A stretch of 63,399 nucleotides of DNA, filler included, from Aduncisulcus paluster (Eukaryota): the NCBI GenBank assembly GCA_024181965.1. It is 11 parts of 11 records of this genome, joined end to end, with 100 filler letters (N's around TTAATTAATTAA, not from the genome) between each part and the next. Parts side by side here need not be neighbours in the genome. Positions count along the whole stretch, not along the records: positions 35,484 to 39,418 come from BQXS01011724.1; positions 39,519 to 42,007 come from BQXS01011725.1; positions 42,108 to 56,530 come from BQXS01011726.1; 8 more parts are not named here. One strand, 5' to 3'. Of this stretch, positions 35,484 through 48,490 are shown one piece after another (within the stretch, counting starts at the first letter, position 1; each line of letters begins with the position of its first letter). A program made the position numbers and the translations under genes. Under the pieces are notes generated by a model, which worked only from the letters and a program-made list of their open reading frames with translations, ran no database searches and was not told the origin of the DNA.

Positions 35484-38400
35484 GACTCGAACCGACCTGA
35501 GTGTCAAACCCTGCTTGGACAGTAGGAGTGTCGTACATATGCAATTCGACCAAAGAGTCAGGGATTAGCTGAGTGGAGGCGGATGTGTCAGGTAAAACAA
35601 TGGATGTCGCATTAATATTGAGAATGGCAAGGGAAACATCGGATAGATCGGGAAGAGACGACAACGAGGAATTGCTTGACAGATCCAATCTCTTGAGGAG
35701 TGTCAAAGCCGAGAGAGATGATAGCTCGGAGGTATCGGTGAGACCGTCATTGCTCAATTGAAACTCTGAAATACCAACAAGATGCTCAAGACCAGATAAA
35801 ACACTGATGGGCGAAGTAGAGTTGGAGCATGAGAGAATGGGGGAATACTCATCGGTACCAGTATCCAGAGCTGACTCAAGGGTCTTCAAGGAAGCCACGC
35901 TGAAAAGGGAAGGAATAGGATTTGAATCATCATCTATAGGTTCTGTTCGATGTTCATAATCAGCATTTCCATCAGAATCCACAAACATATCAGCAACACA
36001 AGGATGTAACGATTCATCAATTATCACTTGTTGACACTCTCCTGTTGTGAAAGTATCATCACCAATCTCTTCATCACCAAGATATCTACACTCATATCCA
36101 TACTCACATCCTCCAGAACAGTTCGTGGTTGGGGATGTTGTTTGCATGCATGTAAAGTCCTCAGCAGACGTGTATGACGTGTATGAATCACTGGCACATA
36201 CAACATACCATGAACCAGACCCAGGTTTTGTTTCACTACAGACCTTGTTTGAAGCGAGTGGAGTAGATCCAAGGTCATCAGAGGAACATATACAGTCTTG
36301 ACCACTAGCATTCACATCTGCAGCAGAAAGAGAAAACTTAGATGCAAGGAAAGTCTGAACCTCAGAATCACCGTTATCACCACCACAGATATGATTATAT
36401 GATATATCAATGCTACTCCAAGAAGTATTGCTGGACAAAGCATACAATGGGGAAGGATCAGAGATATTATTGTTGTTCAGAGATAGTTCAGTCAGATTGG
36501 GCATGCTAGCAACAAGATGGAACAACAGAGAGATTGAAGTGTTGTTGGCACTGAAAGAAGTGAGAGATGATGGCGATGGGAAAAGCCCAGACTCGGTGAT
36601 ATCGTATTCTGTGTTGTCATTCAAAGAGAGTGTTGTAAGAGCTATAAATGATGTGAAATCACTATCAGCATCAAGATAGACAGCCTCAAGAGTTAAATCA
36701 GTTAATGACAAAGGAAGGTATGCAAGATCAGTATTCCCAATGGACACAGAACTAGATGAAGTGCCAGAGATGGATAAAGATGTGAGGTTCACAGCATGTT
36801 GTAGACCTTCAAAGGAGTCCACAGTTGAAGCACTCACAGAAGTCACAGTAGCCATGTCTGCAACAGTTAAATCATCACAGGAGGAATCGTGAGCACTTGG
36901 ATTGGTAACAGCCAGACACAAAGCACTTCGAAGGTTGGAGTCGGGAATGTCAACGTATTCACATGAATCTCCATGATATCCAAGGCCACATATTCCACAN
37001 NNNNNNNNNNNNNNNNNNNTGAGGTTCACAGCATGTTGTAGACCTTCAAAGGAGTCCACAGTTGAAGTACTCACAGAAGTCACAGTAGCCATGTCTGCAA
37101 CAGTTAAATCATCACAGGAGGAATCGTGAGCACTTGGATTGGTAACAGCCAGACACAAAGCACTTCGAAGGTTGGAGTCGGGAATGTCAACGTATTCACA
37201 TGAATCTCCATGATATCCAAGGCCACATATTCCACACAAAATCTCAGAACTATCCATATAAACTGTTGGCACTGTTCCATTACGTTCACAAACTTGACAT
37301 CGAAGTTTATCATTATCTGTTGTAGCTTCAATGCATGTCGATGAGTTCTTATCCCAATAATACCCATTCCAACATTCAACTCGATACACTCCAGCAGAAG
37401 TCTTTCGACAAGTTCTATGCTTGGAGAAAGACAGAGGATAGATGTCAGTGCATGGACATGATGATTGACCAGATGAGAAGATATTTGAAGAGGACAAAAC
37501 TGTGAAATGTTCATTAAGAGCACTCACAACAGCATCAATGTCACAAATATTGTTAGCACTAATTTCTAAAGAGGAAAGAACATTGGTTGGGAATATCGAT
37601 TCTGTGATGAGAACAGATACATCAGAGATGGAGTTGTTTGAGAGATCTAGGGATGTCAGTTTGAATTGGTCTGTGGTTGAGTCTCCAGACGCAATCGGAG
37701 TCAAGTCAAGCACATCACTGATGGCACTCAATCCACATCCACTCGCAGATAATATCCTCAGACCAGAATCAATGGGTGGATATGTCACAGCCTTTGCCAA
37801 GATCTGAACAACCAACTTATCATACTCAGCATTGGAATTGATATCTCCACTCAAGTCATACCCATCAAGGGTCAGAGAGGTCAATGAAGTGGCATACTCA
37901 AGACCTTGCAGAGTGGAAATCTCATTCATATCAGAAATAGAACCATAAGTGACAATATCAGAGAGGTCGAGAGAGGAACAGGTAAGAGAACTCCTCAAGG
38001 TAGCAACACTGATGACATCATTGCTTTCAGCGGCACCAGCAGTCAAACATCCATTGGTTGATTCAGAGAGGTATGCTCGTATTTCATCATCATGAACAGT
38101 GTAACACTCACCACTGCTCCCTTCCTTCGCAATGAATGCACATTGTTTCTCGTTCACACCATCCACACTGTTGTACACCTCATTCAGAACTATTGAAGGG
38201 CATGAAGCATTTGAAGTATCACAGTTATATGTGGAATTTCCAGGATTAGAGTTGAGAGGACAGCTATTAGGAATATAGTACATTTCCTTATCAGTTGAGT
38301 AATGAGTAGGAAAGACAGTCGTTATAAATGTCCAATAATCGTTATCATCTTCTGATCTACAGAGAGGTATGAATTCAGAATTAGATGTATGCGCAATATA

Positions 38401-39418
38401 CATCTGATACAATCCAACATTCCTAAATGAGACAGATATATCATAGATTTGTTCATTCCCATAAATATACAATATAAACAATCTACTCAATGTGAATAAA
38501 GAATTGAAATCATAAATATAGGCATTATAGGTTGTTGAAGTTTGATCAAAACATAAGATTGGAAGTTGTTCAAGTAGAGAAATAGGATAAACTGATGTTA
38601 TATATGTATTTGCTCCATAGAAACGACAAATGTTTATCAAATACTGAGCTCCTTCAAAGGACATAATATGGGAATTATATGAATAAAAATTCTCATTTAT
38701 ACCAGCCATTTCAAAGTCCGTGACATCACAAAGAGGATCACTATTACCTATAGCATCACACACTTTACCTCTGAACAACTTATCAGGGATATGAACGGAA
38801 TATAACTGGTCACAATCATCACCATACCAGACAGATCGACAACCACATGTGATGGATGAATCACCAACCTCAAGAACAGCCATCATATTGGTATGTCTTT
38901 CACATACTTGGAGTCGAATGGAATCATCAACATCTGAAGCAGCTGTTATGCATGAATATGGTGGGGTTCCACTGGAAGTATCAAGCTCAGACCCACTCGC
39001 ACATACCTCAAAACACGCTCCACTGGCTTTGTCAAGATAGTACCCATTCCAGCACTCGACAGCCCAACGATCGGGATACACTTCACGACACACTTGGTGG
39101 TCAGAAGAAGACACGGATGCAGAACAATGGCATGTTTGGTCAGAATATGTCAAGGTTGATAGGGTTGGGAATTCGGTTTGCAATTGACTCACAATTCCTT
39201 CAATGTCACAGATGTTGTTATCACTGATGTCAAGAGTTGTGAGAACAGCATCAGTATCATCAGGGAACATGGAAGATGTGATGAGAACAGACACATCAGA
39301 GATGGAGTTGTTTGAGAGATCTAGGGATGTCAGTTTGAATTGGTCTGTGGTTGAGTCTCCAGACGCAATCGGAGTCAAGTCAAGCACATCACTGATGGCA
39401 CTCAATCCACATCCACTC
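35484..39418 (-). CDS. Internal fragment of a giant LRR plus EGF-like/Cys-rich surface protein
   Basis: Internalin-like LRRs (LTSLDLSNNSISDVSVL; IPDSNLRSALC caps), EGF-like CxCxxGYHGxxC; genuine internal repeat about 37600-37745 versus 39275-39418. Confidence 0.88.
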
Positions 39419-39518
39419 NNNNNNNNNNNNNNNNNNNNNNNNNNNNNNNNNNNNNNNNNNNNTTAATTAATTAANNNNNNNNNNNNNNNNNNNNNNNNNN
39501 NNNNNNNNNNNNNNNNNN

Positions 39519-39927
39519 AGGAGAATAGAAGCATCAGCTCAATGTATTCGTTGAACAACGCAGTGTCTTCCATTTGAAGGGATTTGACAAGCGAGTCAAA
39601 GAAGAAGACATTGCTGGAAAAGGGAGTTATCATGGAACAGATGTATTCAAGAAGCTCGAAGATAATCGGTACAGAAACACTCCTCGCAAAACAGAATTCA
39701 AACGCCTTTGTGAGAATGTCATCAAGACTATCCGGGGATAACGTGACCTCGGACAAACGAGAAAGTAGAGATTGGATGGCTTGGTCAGGCGTGGATTCTT
39801 TGATGAGTTTCGAGAAATCGATTGGATCAGAGGACTGTGGTTCTTCTTTATCCTGCTCCCAAGGGTTTTCAGAAATCAAACAGTCCATCGACCCAAGCGT
39901 GGAAAAAGAGAAAAGATCCGCATGCAT
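39519..39927 (-). CDS. Possible helical-repeat protein fragment, 3'-partial; start uncertain
   Basis: About 136 open codons to the contig end; no motif. Confidence 0.35.
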
Positions 39928-40488
39928 GACAGAAGAACAGGTTTAACGGGGAATATCGATGAGATGAAAAATAAAATGAAAAGGATAAAGCAAAATTGAT
40001 CTTGGTCAACGGCGGAGTTGGAACGAAATGGGGGAAAGAAGCTGTACAGTGCCATCACGAAATTCTCTGTTTGTGTCTGGTGGGATCGAAGTATGTCAAT
40101 ATAAATGATTCCATGAAACGCGTATTAAAACGTGCAGAAAAATATGGTCGCACGAGATAGGGGCAATCCATCAAGTGCACCCACATGTAGCCAATAAAAT
40201 GCACCAGGATAGCGGAAATATTCTTTCACAACTTGTATAATACTTAAATCTTATTTGATATACATCAGTTATATAAATTTGAAAAGTAAGAAAAAATTTA
40301 TTGAAAATCAGAATATTGTCATGCAAAATCTAAATGGATATAAGTTATAACATGACTCATTTCAGATACACAAAGAGAGGATAAGAGAGATATTCAAGCA
40401 TACTGGCATTCCAATCAGTACGATATTGGCTTCCAAAAGTGTATAGAAGAAGATATCAATAATATAATAGATCGAGATTAATAACAAA

Positions 40489-41531
40489 TTATTCACGTTT
40501 TTCATATTGTTTAATAAATTTATGTTTAAGGACTTCTTTAAATGTTATTCTTTGAGTTGGATCAATTTTAAGCATTTTTTGAACAAGATCGAGAGCTTCA
40601 GGAGATACATGGTCCGGAAACTTGGCAATTTTACAGCGCAAAATACGTTTATATGTTCCTGATGCCTCTTCATCAAAGAATGGAGTATTTCCTGTTAAAA
40701 ACTCATATAATAAAACCCCAACAGACCAAATATCAACCTTTTCATCATATTCATGCCTTCTAACCATTTCAGGTGGAAGATAATCGAGAGTTCCGCACAT
40801 GGTGGCTCGTCTTTTCTTTCCAAGGGCTGGCTCGTGGACAGACCATCCAAAATCAGCAATCTTCACATCACCATAACGATCTAAAAGAATATTCTCTGCC
40901 TTTATATCACGATGAATGACATGCTTTGAGTGCATGTGTATCATTGCATGAGATATTTGTCGAATATATTTGCTACATTCTGCTTCAGGAAACTTTTTTT
41001 GATCCGTCAATTTTTTGTAAAGTTCTCCACCACCGGCATATTCAAGAATCAAATAAATGCGTCTTTCATCTTCAAAACAACCATATAATCCTAAAATATG
41101 CTCATGAGCAAGATGAGATTGGATATCTATCTCCCGACCAACTTGGTGCCATACTTTCTCTTTTTCAAGCTGTCTTTTAGAGAGAACTTTCAAAGCAACT
41201 AAAACTTTATGTTCTTTTTGGAGAGCAAGATACACTTTACCATATTTTCCTTTCGAAATATAAGTTCCTATTTCAAAATCATCGAGACAATGTCTTCTAA
41301 AGCGAAAATAAGCTTTCAATCCAACTAAAAAACAAAAGAAAATCAATAACATACCGTTTCACTGGTTTTGACAAGCTTGCACTTGGAATTTTCGATTTAA
41401 TCCTTGGTTTAGGAACCTACAAATTAAAAAATGGAAGAAAAGAGATAAAATGAATGCATAAAAGATATATTTGAATGTAATGCTAGGTAAAATAAACATA
41501 CCACTGGAGGATTTAATATATTTTCACTCAT
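40489..41531 (-). CDS. AURK: Aurora kinase, 3 exons: 41531-41502, 41416-41355, 41296-40489 (299 aa)
   Basis: LDDFEIG, HRDIKAEN, DFGWSVH, RRATMCGTLDYLPPEM; introns of 85 and 58 nt (GTATGT..AG) give N-terminus MSENILNPPVVPKPRIK. Confidence 0.95.
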
Positions 41532-41721
41532 GATACAGACAAATCGGCATTTTTTGCCGAGAATTTCGAGAGCTTGGAGAAAATGGGAACCTTCATCTTT
41601 TTTTTAATAAATAGATAATTTATTTTTTAGATATAAATTCATTAATTTTTGTTGCACAATATTTACTTTTTCAGCACGAATACCAACTTTTTTTTTAACT
41701 TGGATTTTTCTGCTCATTACA

Positions 41722-42007
41722 ATGGAAATATTCGAAAGGTTTCAAAATATTATAAATTTTATAACGTCTACTTCAGATTCATTGATTGAGTCCTCCAATG
41801 CAATGATGGATTCTCTTGGAATGCCTCCCTTCTCACATAAAGTTGCTGATCACCATGAAGATCCTGACATTACAAAATTTCGGTCGATTACTCCTGTGTT
41901 TGATGCGATAGATCGTAATATGGGATATGCCAAACAATTATTAAAAGAAACTAAACAATTGAAATTGGGTAAACGTAGATCGTCAGGTGAAAGGGCAACA
42001 GTTAGCT
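41722..42007 (+). CDS. Hypothetical protein, 3'-partial
   Basis: ATG after a 190-bp AT-rich divergent spacer; open to the contig end. Confidence 0.55.
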
Positions 42008-42223
42008 NNNNNNNNNNNNNNNNNNNNNNNNNNNNNNNNNNNNNNNNNNNNTTAATTAATTAANNNNNNNNNNNNNNNNNNNNNNNNNNNNNNNNNNNNN
42101 NNNNNNNAGGAAGATTGTAGGGGTTTGATCAATTTCAGCGAGTAGCCTTGCTATTATTTCAGGTGTAAGAATTCCTTCTCGTTGCCGTGTTGTTTCTGTA
42201 AGCTTGCCTTCACCTTTTTATGT

Positions 42224-42870
42224 TCACATCCTATCTTCGAAACATTTTTTGAGCTTAGGATTCTGTTTTAGATATTTTTCGAACGCTTCCAGATCTTGAA
42301 TGCTCCAATGTGGCTCCCACGCGTCCGCAGACGAAGGATAATCACGTCATCTCACCTTAAATTCTATTGGCTTCTTTCGTTCGTAGTGTGTCGCCAATAA
42401 TTTCGGATACAATAAACTCTTTTTCATCCCATGCATCAATCCTGCTTGAGTTCAGACTCATTCGCGGATGTTTCACAGTCCGTAATCTTCTTGTAGGCAT
42501 CGTAATTATTTCACCACCATTTATGGGTATTAGTGTGTATTTTCCACCTTTCAGAACACTTTTTCTCAAATTTTAAACTCTTTATCAACAACCTTTTCTT
42601 TTTCTTTTGTTATTTTTCTTGTTTCTCTCTTGTAGCTGCTGTAATTCTTTCGTGTCTTTTCACAATATCGCTGTTGAATTCATGTTCTATAGACTGTTTT
42701 GTACCTCTGGTTTATGTCACGGATTCAGGACTAATATTTTCTGCAACCAACTAATAGTGTATGTGGAGTATACTCTCCCGTTGATGGCTGATGCTGCAAG
42801 CGCAGCGAACACATCATAGTTCGGTATATCTTTTTGCATGCTTTCTATGCGAATTAATTTCCTTATGTGA
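42224..42870 (-). pseudogene. Decayed Gypsy integrase tail with chromodomain
   Basis: RKLIRI..PNYDVF..AINGR resembles the integrase at 50294-50782; chromodomain EFIVSEIIG(frameshift)EFKVR*RDYPSSADAWEPHWSIQDLEAFEKYL. Confidence 0.75.
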
Positions 42871-43199
42871 TTAGGATCCGAAATTATAGGCGTTAGCAAA
42901 TTTATTAATAAAAAGGGGAAAGCATGGTTCATTCTTACCTGCATTAAAACCCCTGAACGAGTCAAATCATAAACAATCGATAACCGAGGATAAAAAAATA
43001 AAAAGAATTATAAAATAAAAATATAAAATAATATAATAAAATAAAACATAAATAAAATGATTTGAAAACTGTCTCCAACCGTTTGGTATAAGAATTAGCT
43101 GTTTGGCTTACACCATTCTTGCTAATGACAGAAGATGATTCGTGACGTCCTTTTTCTTGGGTGTTTTGTGAGTGACACAATGGGCATGTTGAAATAACT

Positions 43200-43800
43200 G
43201 GACGCTGAAGGTGAGTGATCTTGTTCTGATGCTCATAAGTTGAAGAAAGGCGTGAAGGAGACGTTTGAGGATAGGCCTATTGAAGTAGTATGGAGCCGTT
43301 GATCCAAGTGTGCTCGCTCTCCATGATCCCAGTACCATTTTATGCTTCAGTGACGTTAGACGTGATGAGATGTTTTTCGATCCTGCCTTCCAATTGAAAC
43401 CAGTGATGTAAAAGATGTTATCCTTCTTCGCTAGGGAGAGGTTTGTTCTTCTCAGGGCTTGGATACAGGGGACCCAATTGATATTTATCAGGCGTTGACG
43501 TCCTGTTCATGTCCTCCATCGTGATTTGTCGCCACTAGGTGTGAATACTGTTTGGAGTGTTTGGTGCTCCTCACCATCTTCGAATTCCATGTCACAGTTC
43601 TCCATGAATTTGAGGAACGCAGATTTGAGTACCGGATAGGTGAGACTGTACTATGGATTAACAGAGAGACTCGATACACATTCACCTCCGTTGTTGATTG
43701 TGTGCGATACTTAACCCCCCGCTTCTCTGCTGTACGTGGTAGAATGTGGTTGGAATGCTCCTGCTTGGGAGATGGAGTTGTTTAGAGACTGCTGCTCTTA
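43200..43800 (-). pseudogene. Decayed tyrosine recombinase (DIRS-like)
   Basis: LLIHSTVSPIRYSNL (first Arg box), PCIQALRR, LGSWRASTLGSTAPYYFNRP (W..Y box); frameshifted, HxxR region missing. Confidence 0.45.
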
Positions 43801-44039
43801 CCATGGTGTCAATATAAGATAACTTCCTCTGAGGGATGAGACCAAGCCTTGCATAATAGACCAGCTTCGGTAGGAGGTGTTCATTGAATAGGCCGTTTTC
43901 TTTTGAAACCCAATACTCAATATATCAATGAAGAGCATCCGTACAAGGGAACGGAGCGAAAGAATAAGAAGAAAAATATTAATATGGATGGAACAGACCG
44001 CAGGAAGATGATGAACGTGTTAATCTAGAAGTTTTAATT

Positions 44040-44890
44040 CTAGGGCTAGCAAATTTACTGATTTCAATATGACCACAACGCCCCCTCAAAGACATTGATA
44101 TAAAAGTAATAAAAATAGAAAAGATATAAGTCTTATAAGAATTTTTAAAAGACCAAGTTAGAATACGATTAGTTTTATGAGTTTTTCGCTCCATTATAAA
44201 GATAAAGAAAGTCGTCCTGCATTTGCATCAGACTAAAACAAGAGAAAGCACCATTGATTATTATGTGCATAATTAGTAATTATAAGGATTATAAAAGAAA
44301 GGAAAACAATGTAATATAAAATTTTAAAAGTCCATTCACTGTTTTGGTGAAATGAATTCCTTGAAGGCTAATGAACCTTCAATTTCACCTCTTTTTGCCC
44401 ATGTGGTCTTACCTTCAGGAAACCCATACCATACTACCTCATACATCTCTCCTCTTCCCCTTCCTTTCTTCTTGATGATTTGTTTAGGTAGACGTCTGCC
44501 CGTGTCTTGGACTAGACTTGCTATCGCTTTGTCCAAGTCCATCTCTCCTCCAAGAACCTTTATGTCTGCTTCATGGACATATCTTACTGCCCCTAATAGG
44601 GATTTAACTCTGTATTCTACGTCGGCAGTTTTCCCGACTATCACATAGGGACCTTCCCATGGAAATTGGAGTTTCTTTGGTTCAGGATACCTCTTGATCA
44701 ACACATACGTTCCTGGGGTAATAATTGATGACTTAGGGCGTTCTTCTTCTGTTCGTTCATATTGGCGTGCTTGATCATGGATATCACGAATGTTGTCTGT
44801 TAACTTCTTCACATAGGAGTCAACACTTATGTGTTGAGGAGGGAGTTGCGCCTTTGACTCTTTCCTTTCAGTAGTCCAATCTCTTGCCAA
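44040..44890 (-). mobile_element. Gypsy 3' remnant: integrase GPY/F domain and chromodomain (44336-44890), PPT 44078-44087, LTR start TGT at 44077
   Basis: KLQFPWEGPYVIV, VH..IK, YEVVWYGFPEGKTTW; GAGGGGGCGT followed by TGTGG. Confidence 0.85.
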
Positions 44891-45478
44891 TGGAGAGACA
44901 TCTCACTTTCCAAAGTAGTTTTTACTTCATTAGGCTGAGTAAAAAAATTCTTGGTTACTCAATTTGGAGTAAATCTGGAGTAAAGTGCGCGACCATGTAT
45001 GTTCGAGACCAATCATCCCCGATCTCCGATATCTGCGGGATTTATCTCAAAGATAAACGAGAAAATGGGTTGGATTCGATCATGTCTTATGGAATGTGCC
45101 CTTCTTCAGACAAAAAAAAGGCCTCTCTTTAGTTCCTTTTATTAAAAGAGACTTTCAGGCTTTGAATATCACAACGAGCTTATCCGAATCAATTAAGACA
45201 AAAGATCTTTTCGGTTTGGATAATTTACATATGGAGATCAAAGGTGTTGTAAAACATAATTTAGAACTTTATTTGTTCTATTTACGACCCTCAAAGGATG
45301 GGATAGCATTGGCAACAAATTCTTAATTATCTAATAAGCTATGTCCTTCCAAAACCTGCTAATTTCTCGACGAAAGCAATTGAGAGTGAGTTTGAGGCAA
45401 TTGGAATTAAAAAATCTTCAATAGTGTCCATTTTCTCAGATCGTGACCCTCTTATGGTTCGAGTCTGTAAGAATTTAG
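44890..45478 (+). pseudogene. hAT/CGGBP1-like transposase fragment 1
   Basis: FGLDNL..VKHNLELYLF and AIESEFEAIGIKKSSIVSIFSDRDPLM, paralogous to the two neighbouring fragments; multiple stops. Confidence 0.5.
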
Positions 45479-46348
45479 TCGAGAAAGAATGTGATCATGG
45501 TGGGTTCTCGGTCAGTTATAATTGCCACAATCCTTGACTTTCTGATTTTATGCTTAAGTAAAAGATTTGTAACAGCTTTGGATAAATCAGTGGCTCGGGC
45601 AGAAAACATTTCAATCGACACTCTGGGTTCAAAATAAATGATATTATCTTCAGAATTCTCACTTTCTATTATACTGCTATCTGGATCTTCGGATTCAAAT
45701 TCTCCCGCAGACTCCTCTTCCTCGCCAATTTCATGATGACATAATTTTTTCTTAACTAATTCAGAAATGTCAACAAAATCAAAGGCCAAACAAATATCAT
45801 TAGAATACAGCATAATAAATAAAATATGTTTCAATCCCGATTTAAATTTATCTAGGATTATTGAAAAGAAATTTGGGAACTGGGCCATTAGTGCACCAGG
45901 TTCTTCTGTTTTAAGTAAGTCATTCCTAATTCTGTATGCTGTAGATCTGGAGATCTGAAAACTTTGCTTCACTGCTTGAATTGCTGCTATTAATTGGATA
46001 TTATAAATCAGAGCAATCGAAGAGACAGAATATCCAACTTTAAGAAGAGAATCGACCATAAGGCGTTCTGCATATCTTCTCGCTAAAGCTAAATCTTCTA
46101 ATTCTGAGTATCTTGTTTAAGAGGTAACTCCTGGGGAGAGATATTGCTTATAATGAGAATTAGAGATCATATGGGACGCAATAGAACGAGAATTAATTGA
46201 TAACCTGTTGGAATCACAAATTTTACAATAGACTTTTTTGGATGGTGTCAGGAAAAAGGTGTTTTGAATGTGAGTCTCAGGGACTCTTTGGAAATTTTCC
46301 GTCTCTTCAAGGTGTTTCCACTTTTTTTGACCCTTTTAAAACAGACAT
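45475..46348 (-). pseudogene. hAT/CGGBP1-like transposase fragment 2
   Basis: Zn finger FLTPSKKVYCKIC..SIASHMISNSH upstream of an in-frame TAA; FSIILDK; IVAIITDREPTM. Confidence 0.65.
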
Positions 46349-46491
46349 TTGACACAATAAATTAGTTGAACGGAAATAATAAATTGAAATCCCATTATCA
46401 TTTATTCACTTTGTTAAGATTTATGTATGATATTGTCATATAAAAATGTCAAACAAAAACGGCAAAATAAAGGTTGTTTCTTTGAACAATT

Positions 46492-47711
46492 ATGGACATA
46501 CTTGCTTTATTAGATAAATCAGATAGAAATGGTACCAAAGTTTGGATTAAATATCGTAAACTTGCAAATCTGGAGAAATTGAGAAAATTAGAAATAATTG
46601 AAAAAGTAGGTTTTGATACAAATAACCATTTCTGCTTGACTCCGCAAGGTAAACTATATTGCTCAAAATGTAAATTGGAATTTACTAATAATGATACTTC
46701 AATAATATCTCATTTGACTTCAAAGACGCATCATGATCATAATGCATTGATATCTTCTGATTTGAGACTCAGAAAGCGAAGATTTAGAAAGTTAATATGC
46801 GAAAAGGCTATTATTCATTTTATTTCGATTCATTATGTTTGTTCCTTCCTTGACATTGAATTACAACAAGCTATCCGTGATTTGCCGGAGCCTCTTCGGC
46901 TGGCCCCATCAACAATGTACCAAGAAACGACATCATTACTTTTGGACGATCTTGAATTAATTAAGACAAAATTTGTTAAACCACCCTATGCTATCATTCT
47001 CGACAAAAGCATTTCAAGAGGGAAATCTGTNNNNNNNNNNNNNNNNNNNNTATCTTCTGATTTGAGACTCAGAAAGCGAAGATTTAGAAAGTTAATATGC
47101 GAAAAGGCTATTATTCATTTTATTTCGATTCATTATGTTTGTTCCTTCCTTGACATTGAATTACAACAAGCTATCCGTGATTTGCCGGAGCCTCTTCGGC
47201 TGGCCCCATCAACAATGTACCAAGAAACGACATCATTACTTTTGGACGATCTTGAATTAATTAAGACAAAATTTGTTAAACCACCCTATGCTATCATTCT
47301 CGACAAAAGCATTTCAAGAGGGAAATCTGTTTTGGCCATATTGGTTCATGGTTCTTTCGGAACCTATGCCTTAGGCTATATTAATATTGGCAAAATTAAA
47401 GAATCAATTTATTTAAGATCGCTTCGTTTGGAAATGGAAAAATCATTTGCATCTCAAGAATCTACCACATCTTGTCAGAGATATTCAGATACAATATTAC
47501 CAACGTCTAAAAAGATTAAGCATTCGTTCAGTTTTTTGGTGGCACATCTGACACAGACCCTAGCATGCACGGATAGCCAGATCCATTCAATAATTCCCAC
47601 TCCACAGATATAATAACAAATAATTTAATTAAGAAATTTGTTGAATTGAATATAAATCCAGACAATATATCTGTTGTCGTATCAGACAGAGAACCACTTG
47701 TAAACAAATAA
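46492..47711 (+). pseudogene. hAT/CGGBP1-like transposase fragment 3 (with gap duplication)
   Basis: GKLYCSKC..TSIISHLTSKTH (CGGBP1-type Zn finger), YAIILDKS, and after a frameshift ISVVVSDREPLV. Confidence 0.7.
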
Positions 47712-47739
47712 AAATATATAACAACAAAGGTTGGGTCGA

Positions 47740-48490
47740 CAAATTTACTGATTATTTCTAAACCATTACAACGCCATCTTTAACCAAGATTCTTTGAGCA
47801 GATTGGTTAAAACCTTTTCTTTTGTTCACAGTGTTTTGAAACTCCCATATATGGGGTGCTTAAATCTCAAGCCTACTTTTTGGCGAAGTCCTTGTAGGCA
47901 ACTGAATTTTTCAATTTCAGGTCTTTTAATCCATGTCGTTTTTCCGTCGGGGAAACCATACCATTCCACATGGTATTTCTCAGACCTACCTCTCCCTTTT
48001 TTCTCTAATATCCTTTTCGGGAGACGTCTTCCAGAATCCTGCACTAGACTGTTGATTGCTTTGTTCAAATCAATTTCCATGCCAAGTTTCACCACTCATA
48101 TGTCTTCTTGAAGCTTCTGAGATCGTATTGATGTTGTCCGTCAACACTTTGACATATTCGTCTACCTTCAAATGGTGAGCAGGAAGTTGCTCTCTGGAGG
48201 CCACCCGCTCTGCAGACCAATCTTTCACAAAGTTCGAGTCATCCCTTATACCAAACAGCATTTCCACAGGTTTATGACCGTAACCGAATGAGGAGTATGA
48301 TTTATGATGTTCTGAACAATTGGTAAAGAGAGATCCCAGTCTGGGCGCTCCATGATGTCATGAATTAAGGCATAAATGTGACGTTTCACCTCTCTATTTA
48401 CCCTCTCGACTGCGCCATTGGATTGAGAGTGAGAAGGAGTTGTGACGTGATGCTTGACCCCAAATGTGTCCCACAGATGGTCACAGCCCA
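47740..48490 (-). mobile_element. Gypsy 3' remnant paralogous to 44040-44890: integrase C-half, chromodomain, degenerate PPT and LTR start at 47770
   Basis: GVKHHVTTPSHSQSNGAVERVNREVK, PVEMLFG, YHVEWYGFPDGKTTW; AAAGATGGCGT followed by TGTAAT; GPY/F region deleted. Confidence 0.85.

Noticed and set aside
46117..46121. In-frame TAA (and TGA at a Trp position near 42348) as evidence for an alternative genetic code
   Set aside because: Conserved host genes end in TAA, TAG and TGA and have no internal stops; these cases lie in frameshifted TE relics.
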